From the NCBI GenBank assembly GCA_016181305.1, contig JACOZN010000006.1, forward strand, positions 1-35,959: a stretch of DNA of 35,959 nucleotides, in the 5' to 3' direction. This DNA comes from Candidatus Woesearchaeota archaeon. Its GTDB lineage: Archaea; Nanobdellota; Nanobdellia; Woesearchaeales; GW2011-AR4. Positions 19,614 through 27,214 of the stretch are shown here, in pieces (the first letter of the stretch is position 1; each line of letters opens with the position of its first letter). The notes under the pieces were generated by a model. The model searched no databases. It saw nothing but the letters and a program-made list of their open reading frames with translations, and had not been told where the DNA came from. A program made the position numbers and the translations under genes.

Positions 19614-20922
19614 TTGTTATCTCCTCTATTTCAATATAATAGTCAAAAGTTTTTTCTCCAACCGATCTATTGGACATTGAGGAATCTCCAAGTTTCTTTT
19701 TTACCTTTTTTACTAGTTCTTTTTCTTTTGAGTAAGATATATTTGTCCATTTTGATATCGGTGCATCTTTATAAACAATATCACCCTTAACAACAGGTAT
19801 AATACCCTTTGATTCTTCTTTAATATCCTTTCTTGCAATTTCAGTAATTCCTTTAAAAAGAGATCTACCTATTGTATCTCCAGTTTCTTTATCTTTTGTT
19901 CTACCAGCAAGTCGTATTACTTCAACAAAAAGATTAGTAACCGATCTCATTTCAACTTGTGCTTTTCGATATATAGGTGAATCTTCTTGTATATCTTCTT
20001 TAGTAGTATGCCATGGTAATGAGATTGGATTATCTGATCTAAAAAAAACTAATCCTAAAAACTTATTATCTTCGGCATAATGATAAATTTTACCATCTGA
20101 CCCACCCCAACCTGTTTTTGTAGTCGTGTCATTTCTAATAATCAATCGATCGTTACAAAAGACATACCAACCGTATGTTTTAACCTCCCAAATGTCTCCT
20201 GGGGTAAAACCCGCATAAATTTCTACTTCTACTTCCCCCCAATTAAATTTTTTATGATAAGGTTTAAATTTTTTATTCTCAGATAAAAAATTGAATTCAT
20301 ATGGTTCTACTGGTATATTCTTTACATTAATTGTTACTTTTTCAGTTATTAAAATTGAATATGTATTCTTTATCTTCTCTCTAAGAGTATTTTCAAAATG
20401 AACTGTATCAAATTCCTTGCTAATCCCAGAATATAACTCGGTTATAGTAATTCTTGTCATCGGTTTTCCCTTGGATTTTGTTTCTTTCTCAAAACTGAGT
20501 TTCCAGTTTTCTTCATCAATAATCCATTTTTCATTAATTCTAATAGAATAATAATCATGACCATCATCAGATTCAATAAGTATATTTTTACCCATCTTGA
20601 ATATTGCTCTCTTCATGCCTACCCCAAATACACCGATAGTTTTTACTTTTACCTCTTTTAGCATTCCAAATCTGAATACCTTATCATAGATATTTTCTTT
20701 TTTTATACCTCCACAATCGTCTTCTATAACAAATTGATCTTTAGAAAAGTTGACTGAAATGTTTTTTCTTCCTTTCAACTTATTCTCAATATATCCATCT
20801 ATGGAGTTATCAATAAGATCGAGTACTGCATCAGTTAGTTGTATATCTCTAACAAGAGTTGCGATAAAGAAACTTTTAGTTGGAGATGCATCTATTTCGC
20901 TACTGGGCAAAGATTTAGGCAT
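19606..20922 (-). CDS. GHKL (Hsp90/MutL/MORC-type) ATPase
   Basis: N-box LDLIDNSID, G1 IEDDCGGI and G2 IGVFGVGMKRA. S5-like second domain (GWYVFCNDRL...LPWHTTK). No nuclease domain seen. Confidence 0.85.
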   Translation of the reverse strand: MPKSLPSSEIDASPTKSFFIATLVRDIQLTDAVLDLIDNSIDGYIENKLKGRKNISVNFSKDQFVIEDDCGGIKKENIYDKVFRFGMLKEVKVKTIGVFGVGMKRAIFKMGKNILIESDDGHDYYSIRINEKWIIDEENWKLSFEKETKSKGKPMTRITITELYSGISKEFDTVHFENTLREKIKNTYSILITEKVTINVKNIPVEPYEFNFLSENKKFKPYHKKFNWGEVEVEIYAGFTPGDIWEVKTYGWYVFCNDRLIIRNDTTTKTGWGGSDGKIYHYAEDNKFLGLVFFRSDNPISLPWHTTKEDIQEDSPIYRKAQVEMRSVTNLFVEVIRLAGRTKDKETGDTIGRSLFKGITEIARKDIKEESKGIIPVVKGDIVYKDAPISKWTNISYSKEKELVKKVKKKLGDSSMSNRSVGEKTFDYYIEIEEITND

Positions 20923-21026
20923 ATTACCACCCCATTAATTAACAACAAAACAAGTATATAAAAATCTTATGTTTTGTAACCGATATAAACTATACATTTT
21001 TATACTAGTATTTATAAGAGTAGATT

Positions 21027-21881
21027 ATGAACGTAAAAACTCCAACATTCTTAAAATGGGCTGGTGGTAAACAACAATTATTATCTCAATTCTCTAACTA
21101 TTTCCCAACAAATGTTGATTACTATGTAGAACCTTTTTTGGGAGGGGGGGCAGTTTTTTTCTATATCTTAAAGTACAAGCATCCAAAATCTGCAAGGGCA
21201 TTTGACAGTAATAAAGAGTTGATTAATGTATATTTGCAAGTTAAAAATAATATTGATGAACTTATAAAACAACTTGAAATACTAGAAAACGAACATAATA
21301 ATACAAACGACCCATTAAAATACTATTATTCAAAAAGAACAGAATTTAATCATTTAATATCAAATAAAAGACATCTTAGGAAAAATGATATTAAAAAGGC
21401 AGCTATTTTTATATATTTAAATAAAACTTGTTATAATGGATTATATAGAGTAAATTCTTTAGGCGAATTTAATGTTCCCTTTAATGGGTGTGAAAAAGTC
21501 AATCTGTTTGATAAAGAAAATTTAATTGAAGCCAATAATTTAATTAAAGACATAAATTTTGAATGTAAAGATTTTAGAGATGTCAAATTTTATAAAAAGG
21601 AAACAATATATTTTGACCCACCTTATTGGCCCAAAAAAAATGGGTTTATAAGCTATACTAATCCCCAATTTAGTCAAAATTCTCAAATTTTATTAGCAAA
21701 TTTATTTAAAAAACTTCATGCAAAAGGGTACAAATCATTGATATTAAGTAATAGTGATACTCAATTTATAGATCAACTTTATAATGAGTTTAATATATTT
21801 AAAATAAATGCTAGACGAATGATTAATTGTAATGGTAATGGGAGAACTAAGATTAACGAAGTATTAATCACTAATTATTAG
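21027..21881 (+). CDS. Dam/D12-class N6-adenine DNA methyltransferase (alpha class)
   Basis: LKWAGGK, EPFLGGGAV (motif I), YLNKTCYNGLYRVN, YFDPPY (motif IV) and EVLITNY. Confidence 0.92.
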   Translation: MNVKTPTFLKWAGGKQQLLSQFSNYFPTNVDYYVEPFLGGGAVFFYILKYKHPKSARAFDSNKELINVYLQVKNNIDELIKQLEILENEHNNTNDPLKYYYSKRTEFNHLISNKRHLRKNDIKKAAIFIYLNKTCYNGLYRVNSLGEFNVPFNGCEKVNLFDKENLIEANNLIKDINFECKDFRDVKFYKKETIYFDPPYWPKKNGFISYTNPQFSQNSQILLANLFKKLHAKGYKSLILSNSDTQFIDQLYNEFNIFKINARRMINCNGNGRTKINEVLITNY

Positions 21882-21922
21882 ACATAAAGTTTATATAGAC
21901 CACTATTATAATAAATTCCAAA

Positions 21923-22069
21923 ATGCCTAACGTAATAAAATCTGAATGCCCAAAATGTGGTAAAAAAGGAAAGAATTATGAACAGATTGAAGATAAATTC
22001 GGTTGGAGAATAATTAAGGGTAAAAAGAGGCCTCAATCTTATTGTAGGGAATGTAGGAGAAGATTTTGA
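21923..22069 (+). CDS. Zinc-finger microprotein, 48 aa (MPNVIKSECPKCGKKGKNYEQIEDKFGWRIIKGKKRPQSYCRECRRRF)
   Basis: Hand translation. CPxCG...FGWR...PQSYCRxCR. Lies antisense to the track's 21878-22081 ORF, which lacks motifs. Confidence 0.75.
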   Translation: MPNVIKSECPKCGKKGKNYEQIEDKFGWRIIKGKKRPQSYCRECRRRF

Positions 22070-22134
22070 AAACCGCAACATTTATATATGTGTTTACTTC
22101 GTGCGTTCTATGTGGTTAAATATATATAAGCTGG

Positions 22135-22151
22135 TGCATTCATAGAATGCA
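22135..22151. promoter_or_regulatory. Inverted repeat TGCATTC-ATA-GAATGCA overlapping the start of the wHTH-MTase operon (candidate operator)
   Basis: Perfect 7-bp arms, lying just downstream of a TATATA box. Confidence 0.5.
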
Positions 22152-22423
22152 TGGAAAGACAAATTATTAAAGGTATAAGCCTTATCAAAAACTCTGATTA
22201 CAGGAAAAGAATATTAATCAGTTTAAGTGACATAAACTATTTAACCCCATCAGAAATTTCACAAAAAACAAAAATAAGACTTAATCATGTCAGTAACTTT
22301 TTAAAAGACCTAAAAGATAGCAAATTAATATTGTGTCTAAATGATGAGGACAAAAGAGGCAGATTATATCAAATTACAGATTTAGGAAAAAAGGTGATTA
22401 AAGAAAATGGAACTCAAGATTAA
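22151..22423 (+). CDS. Winged helix-turn-helix regulator (controller upstream of the MTase)
   Basis: RKRILISL...TPSEISQKTKIRLNHVSNFLKDL...GRLYQITDLG. Confidence 0.85.
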   Translation: MERQIIKGISLIKNSDYRKRILISLSDINYLTPSEISQKTKIRLNHVSNFLKDLKDSKLILCLNDEDKRGRLYQITDLGKKVIKENGTQD

Positions 22424-23210
22424 CCAAATAATTCCAGGAGATTGTTTGGACACATTTAAAAAAATCCCAGATGAGTTTGTTGATTTAATAGTCACTGATC
22501 CACCTTTTAATATCGGCAAAAATTACAAGACCTACAAAGATAGGATGACAAAAGAAGGGTACATTAAGTGGTGTGAAGAATGGCTTGCCGAATGTATAAG
22601 AATTCTAAAACCTCATGGCAGTTTATACTTATTCAATTATCCGGAAAATAATGCTTATTTAATGCCCTTTCTTGACAAAAACATGATTTTCAAAAGATGG
22701 ATGACTTGGCATTATCCTACAAATACTGGAATGTCCCCAACAAACTATACAAGATCACAGCACAGCATACTTTTTTACACAAAAACGGAAAAAGCAACGT
22801 GGAATAAAAATTCAATAGCAGAGCCATATAGGAACCCGACAGATAAGAGAATCTTGGATAGACTAAAGAATGGAAGTGCAGGTAAAACTCCTTACGATGT
22901 TTTTAATTATAATATTGTCAAAAATGTAAATAAAGATAAAACTGAACATGTTTGCCAGTTGCCTGTTGAATTGGTTGAAACACTCATTAGGGCAAGCAGT
23001 AATGAAGGGGATTTAGTTTTTGATCCTTTCATGGGTTCTGGAACTGTGGCAGTAGCAGCTAAAAAGTTAGGTAGGAATTATTTGGGTTGTGAAATCGATA
23101 AGTATTATTGCAAAATAATCAACGAACGATTATCGAAAATTGAAAAACCATTAAGTAGATTTACTGAAATAAAGGCAAAGAACATGGCAGCAATTACAAG
23201 CTTTCTATAA
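22407..23210 (+). CDS. Site-specific DNA methyltransferase (beta-class N4-C/N6-A)
   Basis: Motif IV DPPF precedes motif I DPFMGSGT. Also HxCQLPxxL and YLGCEI. Confidence 0.92.
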   Translation: MELKINQIIPGDCLDTFKKIPDEFVDLIVTDPPFNIGKNYKTYKDRMTKEGYIKWCEEWLAECIRILKPHGSLYLFNYPENNAYLMPFLDKNMIFKRWMTWHYPTNTGMSPTNYTRSQHSILFYTKTEKATWNKNSIAEPYRNPTDKRILDRLKNGSAGKTPYDVFNYNIVKNVNKDKTEHVCQLPVELVETLIRASSNEGDLVFDPFMGSGTVAVAAKKLGRNYLGCEIDKYYCKIINERLSKIEKPLSRFTEIKAKNMAAITSFL

Positions 23211-23750
23211 TTTTACTTTTTCTCGCTTTAGCTTTACAGTATTTCTAGGAGTTATTTCAAAATCTCCAAAGAAAACAATTTTATCTTTTTTCTCATAAAC
23301 TGCTTTTGCTGTTAATGTTGGTCCATAAAATTTCTTTTTAATGTTAGATTTCCAATCGACATTTTTAAGTTGGGTTAAACAACAAAAAAATTCGTCAAAA
23401 TTCCCTCCCCAAGATATTAGTAAATAATCAAATGGTCTTTGACTAAATTCACCACCTGTCCAAGCGTTTTCAGTTGAGGTCATTTTTATTTCCATAGGCT
23501 TATTTATTTTAGTGAATAAAAGGTCTGGTTCTCTATCAGCCAATGCCCTTTTTACTTTGTAACCTAATCTCTTTGTAAAGACATCAGACGCCACCTTTTC
23601 CATAATTTTGCCTATGATTTCAGATAAATTCTTATTACTAAAACTGAGGTCGTATTCGTCCATAAGTTCTTTTTTGAATTTCTGCATCCTAAAAGAAACC
23701 CCTTCAAGAATTTCTACTACCATATCTTTAGTAATATTAAATTCATTCAT
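23205..23750 (-). CDS. Putative type II restriction endonuclease (PD-(D/E)xK)
   Basis: EPDLLF...MEIK catalytic pattern, convergent with and abutting the MTase. Confidence 0.65.
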   Translation of the reverse strand: MNEFNITKDMVVEILEGVSFRMQKFKKELMDEYDLSFSNKNLSEIIGKIMEKVASDVFTKRLGYKVKRALADREPDLLFTKINKPMEIKMTSTENAWTGGEFSQRPFDYLLISWGGNFDEFFCCLTQLKNVDWKSNIKKKFYGPTLTAKAVYEKKDKIVFFGDFEITPRNTVKLKREKVKL

Positions 23751-23998
23751 TTTGTTGAAAGCACCTCTCCTTTTTTTGTTATAACATACAATTTTCCAAT
23801 CTTATCTTTAGGATTAACACATTCTATCAACTTTTTATTAGAAAGTTCCTTTAAAGTAAAAGAAGCCTGAGAAATGGCTATTTTCAGCGATTTCTTGATA
23901 TAATTAGTAGATAAAGGCTTATCCGATTTTGCAAGTAACTCTAATACACTCTTTCTTCTAGAGCCTCTATTAACCCAAGCATACAGCCCCCAATCCAT
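23747..23998 (-). CDS. Winged helix-turn-helix regulator (controller upstream of the endonuclease)
   Basis: RRKSVLELL...LKELSNKKLIECVNPKDKIGKLYVITKKG, paralogous to 22151-22423. 4-nt overlap with the endonuclease. Confidence 0.85.
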   Translation of the reverse strand: MDWGLYAWVNRGSRRKSVLELLAKSDKPLSTNYIKKSLKIAISQASFTLKELSNKKLIECVNPKDKIGKLYVITKKGEVLSTK

Positions 23999-24013
23999 AA
24001 ACTATAGAAAAAC

Positions 24014-24056
24014 TTAAATATATATTTAAATTAAGTTAAGAAAATGTTAAGAAAAT
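24014..24056. promoter_or_regulatory. Palindromic TATA element TTAAATATATATTTAA (24014-24029) plus tandem 11-bp direct repeat GTTAAGAAAAT x2 (24035-24056)
   Basis: Read directly from the divergent intergenic region. Confidence 0.5.
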
Positions 24057-24075
24057 TAAAGGTGAGGTAATTAAC

Positions 24076-24252
24076 ATGAAACATAATGAAATAGAAAAAA
24101 TCGCCGTTGTTTACGGCAACAAAGATTTAGTCAAATACTTTGTTGAACAATTCAACATGGATAGGCTTCATGGTAGAGAAGAAATAAAAGCAATTTTAGT
24201 TAAAGATGATTTAAAGAAGGATTTAAAGCATTTCATCTATAAAGGCGGTTAA
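24076..24252 (+). CDS. Hypothetical protein, 58 aa (MKHNEIEKIAVVYGNKDLVKYF...HFIYKGG)
   Basis: Hand translation, with a strong GGTGAGGT SD. Confidence 0.6.
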   Translation: MKHNEIEKIAVVYGNKDLVKYFVEQFNMDRLHGREEIKAILVKDDLKKDLKHFIYKGG

Positions 24253-24253
24253 A

Positions 24254-24535
24254 ATCAAGCTCCAACAAACTCTTTTAATCAAGCGCTTTACTGTTGAGCA
24301 TAAAGTCAAAACCTATTATGTCGAATACGCCAATTCTGATGGTGTTGCTGGCTACATATTTAATAGAGATACTTGGGAAATCTTAGACGAAGAACTTGAA
24401 GAATTATGCGTCTGTGAATTTCAAGATGATACCAAAGAAGAAAAACAGCAAATAAAAAATAACATAAAGCTGGCAGACAAGCTAATCAACTTTTGTATCA
24501 AACATTTCAACGATTACAAGCCGAAACATTTATAA
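24254..24535 (+). CDS. Hypothetical protein, ~93 aa, with no ATG/GTG/TTG start (ATC at the SD-appropriate position)
   Basis: Open frame IKLQQTLLIKRFTVEHKVKTYYVEY...FNDYKPKHL*. GGCGGT lies 4 nt before the ATC. Confidence 0.5.
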   Translation: MKLQQTLLIKRFTVEHKVKTYYVEYANSDGVAGYIFNRDTWEILDEELEELCVCEFQDDTKEEKQQIKNNIKLADKLINFCIKHFNDYKPKHL

Positions 24536-24568
24536 GTAACTAATTACTTATATTAGTAAAATGTTACT
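24531..24568. promoter_or_regulatory. Tandem operators TATAAGTAA-CTAA-TTACTTATA (24531-24552) and AGTAA-AATG-TTACT (24555-24568)
   Basis: Inverted repeats with 4-nt spacers covering the TATA box and start codon of the HTH-MNT gene. Confidence 0.6.
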
Positions 24569-25154
24569 TAATAATACAGAACTACTAATCATTGAGCCTT
24601 TTGTCCTGAATTACAGGGCGAGGCTTACAGGCAGCGCTATAGCAAAAACCAAAAAGCTGAACCAAAAAACAGTCTCAAATTATCTAAAGAGCCTTGAAAG
24701 CCAGAATTTCCTGAAAAGCGCAGAAGAGGGCAGGAACAGGCTGTACTTCCTGAATCTGAATGATGAGCAGCTTATAGTAAATTTCATCTCAGCGGTTGAA
24801 AATGCGAGAACAATAAATTTTTATCAAAAGCATATACTAATAAAGGAAATAGCGGCGAAGATACTGCCGCATACCAGGGGAATCTCATTGATATTTGGAA
24901 GCTATGCGAAAGGAAATGAGAAGGAAGGCTCGGATTTGGATATTTTTATTGCAGGAAGCGCAGATGAAGGCCAAATTGATAAAATTGCTAATGTATACCA
25001 TTTGGAGATCAGTATCAAAAAATACACGATGCTGGAATTCAAAAAAGCTCTAAAGGAAAACGACCCGTTAATAAAAGAGGTAATAAACAACCACATTTTA
25101 ATGCAGAATGCGCAGGAATTTGTGGGATGCGTGAGGGATGCCGAAAATGATTGA
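24561..25154 (+). CDS. HTH + minimal nucleotidyltransferase (MNT) antitoxin
   Basis: N-terminal wHTH and a GSX10DXD motif (GSYAKGNEKEGSDLD). Confidence 0.88.
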   Translation: MLLNNTELLIIEPFVLNYRARLTGSAIAKTKKLNQKTVSNYLKSLESQNFLKSAEEGRNRLYFLNLNDEQLIVNFISAVENARTINFYQKHILIKEIAAKILPHTRGISLIFGSYAKGNEKEGSDLDIFIAGSADEGQIDKIANVYHLEISIKKYTMLEFKKALKENDPLIKEVINNHILMQNAQEFVGCVRDAEND

Positions 25155-25641
25155 ATGGTGCATGAAGCTGAAAAACGGAATTGAGCTTGCAGCCCCAAAC
25201 GACAACCTTTGCAGAGCTTATATGCAAAAAGCAGAAACAGCGCTAAGTGCAGCTTCAGCATTGAGCGGGAATAAAGAATGGGAAGTATCTTCAAGCTATT
25301 ATGCCATGTACTTTTCCCTGTATGCGGTTATGAGCAAGATTGGAGTCAAATGCGAGAATCATAGCTGCAGCATCGCTTTCATGAAAGAGTTCCTGTCTGA
25401 AAAATTCAAAAAGGCTGATTCGGATTTTCTCAAAAAGGCCATGCATGCAAGGATCGATATGCAATATTATTCAAACAGGGGCATTGATGACGAATTCTAC
25501 CAGAAAATGATGAAAAATGCCCCGGTTTTTCTTGTTGAGTGCAAGGAGATAATTAACTCAATAAAGCATGAGGAAATAACCCAAATAAGGGATGAATTGG
25601 AAAAAATAAAAGAAGAGCTCAGTAAAAATCCAAATAAGTAA
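25138..25641 (+). CDS. HEPN-domain protein (toxin partner)
   Basis: SSYYAMY, KCENHSC and RIDMQYY. Overlaps the MNT gene. Confidence 0.85.
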   Translation: MPKMIEWCMKLKNGIELAAPNDNLCRAYMQKAETALSAASALSGNKEWEVSSSYYAMYFSLYAVMSKIGVKCENHSCSIAFMKEFLSEKFKKADSDFLKKAMHARIDMQYYSNRGIDDEFYQKMMKNAPVFLVECKEIINSIKHEEITQIRDELEKIKEELSKNPNK

Positions 25642-25729
25642 CAAAATCCTTGCAAACAACCTAATCTCCTTCTGCATAAGGCATTTTGATGATTATGAGC
25701 CAATAATAAACCAAAAGATTTAAATACTA

Positions 25730-25749
25730 ATGTAACAAATATGTTACAT
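25730..25749. promoter_or_regulatory. Operator palindrome ATGTAACA-AATA-TGTTACAT
   Basis: Perfect 8-bp arms between TTTAAATA (25719-25726) and ATG 25750. Confidence 0.6.
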
Positions 25750-26289
25750 ATGAAACAAAAATTATACAATACTATTTTGAACCTGCTTAATGGGGACAAC
25801 CATCTGAGGCAGATAGCCAAGGACATCAAGACAAACCATATGACAGTAAAAAGAGCCCTCGATATTTTAATAAAGGAAAACGTCCTTGATGTGAGGAAAG
25901 AGGGGAAAAACAGCATATATTCGATAAAGAAGACTTTGGAAGCGCAGAACTTCGTCTTTATGGCGGAAATCTACAAATTCAACAGCTTAATAAAAAAGCA
26001 CCCTGAATTAAAGCAGGATTTAAAGGAATTAAAAAAACTGCATATTAACATTATTGCAGTCTTCGGAAGCTATGCCAAGAGCATTGAAACAGATAAAAGC
26101 GACATTGACATGTATATCGAAACTCAGAATGGTAAAATAAAGAGGGAAGCTTCCAAAATAAACAGGAAATTCAGCATCAAAACAGGCTTATACGCCAAAG
26201 ACAGCCTGCTTATAAAAGAAATTGAAAAAAACCACATAATCGTGAAAGGGGTTGAAATTTTTTATGAAAAAAATAAATTTTTTGATTAA
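25741..26289 (+). CDS. HTH + MNT antitoxin (second pair). Start is probably ATG 25750
   Basis: wHTH (HLRQIAKDIKTNHMTVKRAL) and GSX10DXD (GSYAKSIETDKSDID). Confidence 0.88.
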   Translation: MLHMKQKLYNTILNLLNGDNHLRQIAKDIKTNHMTVKRALDILIKENVLDVRKEGKNSIYSIKKTLEAQNFVFMAEIYKFNSLIKKHPELKQDLKELKKLHINIIAVFGSYAKSIETDKSDIDMYIETQNGKIKREASKINRKFSIKTGLYAKDSLLIKEIEKNHIIVKGVEIFYEKNKFFD

Positions 26290-26739
26290 GCTCAAGGAAG
26301 AGGGAAAGCTCTCCATTACAGATCCAAGCGAAGAAGTCAAGGAATCTTATATAAGGAAATCCGCAAGTTCGTTAAAATCGGCGGAATTTTATTGGGAAAT
26401 GGGCAGGTGGAAGATGCAGTACCCATGGCGTATTATTCCATGTACAACATGCTCACTGCCCTTCTCTATAAAGCAGGCATAAAATGCGAAAACCATTCGG
26501 CATCCATAATCATTTTAAAAGAATTATTTGGCATAGAAAATTCAAAGATAATCTTCGCAAAAAAGGAAAGGGTGGATAAGCAATACTATGTGGATTTTAA
26601 AATAACAAAAGAAGAAGTCGGAAATATGATTAAATCAGCGGAGCAGTTTAATTCAATGCTCTATGATTTTATTGACAAATTAACGGCAAAAAAGGCATCA
26701 GAGTACAGGAAAGAGTTTGAAGACAGTTTAGTAAATTAA
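26264..26739 (+). pseudogene. HEPN-domain protein with a 1-nt frameshift near 26387
   Basis: MKKINFLIKLKEEGKL...SLKSAE continues in another frame as LLGNGQVEDAVPMAYYSMY...KCENH...RVDKQYY. Adding one base at GAA/TTTT restores a single ORF. Confidence 0.75.
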
Positions 26740-26791
26740 CTTCATCTGTAAAGGTGATTAAAATCAAACAGCAAAAATAGCTATTCCCAGA

Positions 26792-27010
26792 TCAAATATC
26801 TTTACTTCTTTCCTGCGCTGTACTGTACATCTGCCAGCTTAGATACCCGGTCACAACAACTGCAACATAGCTGTACCACACAGGCACGTCAAAGCCGCCT
26901 ATGTTCGCTTCCCAGCTGAAAATGCTCCTCAGCAAATGCAGCAGAGCTATAATGCCGAAAATCACAGCTGCCAGCATCAATAATTGGTTTTTGTCCATAA
27001 ATTCATCCAT
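26792..27010 (-). CDS. Small membrane protein with 2 TM helices
   Basis: IFGIIALLHLLR and YSYVAVVVTGYLSW. TATA spacing favours the second Met (26998). Confidence 0.65.
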   Translation of the reverse strand: MDEFMDKNQLLMLAAVIFGIIALLHLLRSIFSWEANIGGFDVPVWYSYVAVVVTGYLSWQMYSTAQERSKDI

Positions 27011-27214
27011 TATATTTGAAGTATTTAAATATTAGTAGTTTTTATGGCTTTGGGCAGCGAGGAGTACTTTCCTGAGCTGGGTTCCCATTATAGTATGCAG
27101 ATGGTGGGAAGCGACGTATTTTTTAAGTTGTTATGGGTTTTTATTTTATCCAATTCATTTAATTTTCAAAACAGCAACCTTTAAATATATCTTACTAGAA
27201 TAATTTACTTTAAA

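Noticed and set aside
21878-22081. Track ORF of 67 aa on the minus strand
   Set aside because: It is the antisense shadow of the plus-strand zinc-finger microprotein.
17950-26739. Prophage or integrative element
   Set aside because: No integrase, transposase, structural gene, tRNA or att repeat was seen.
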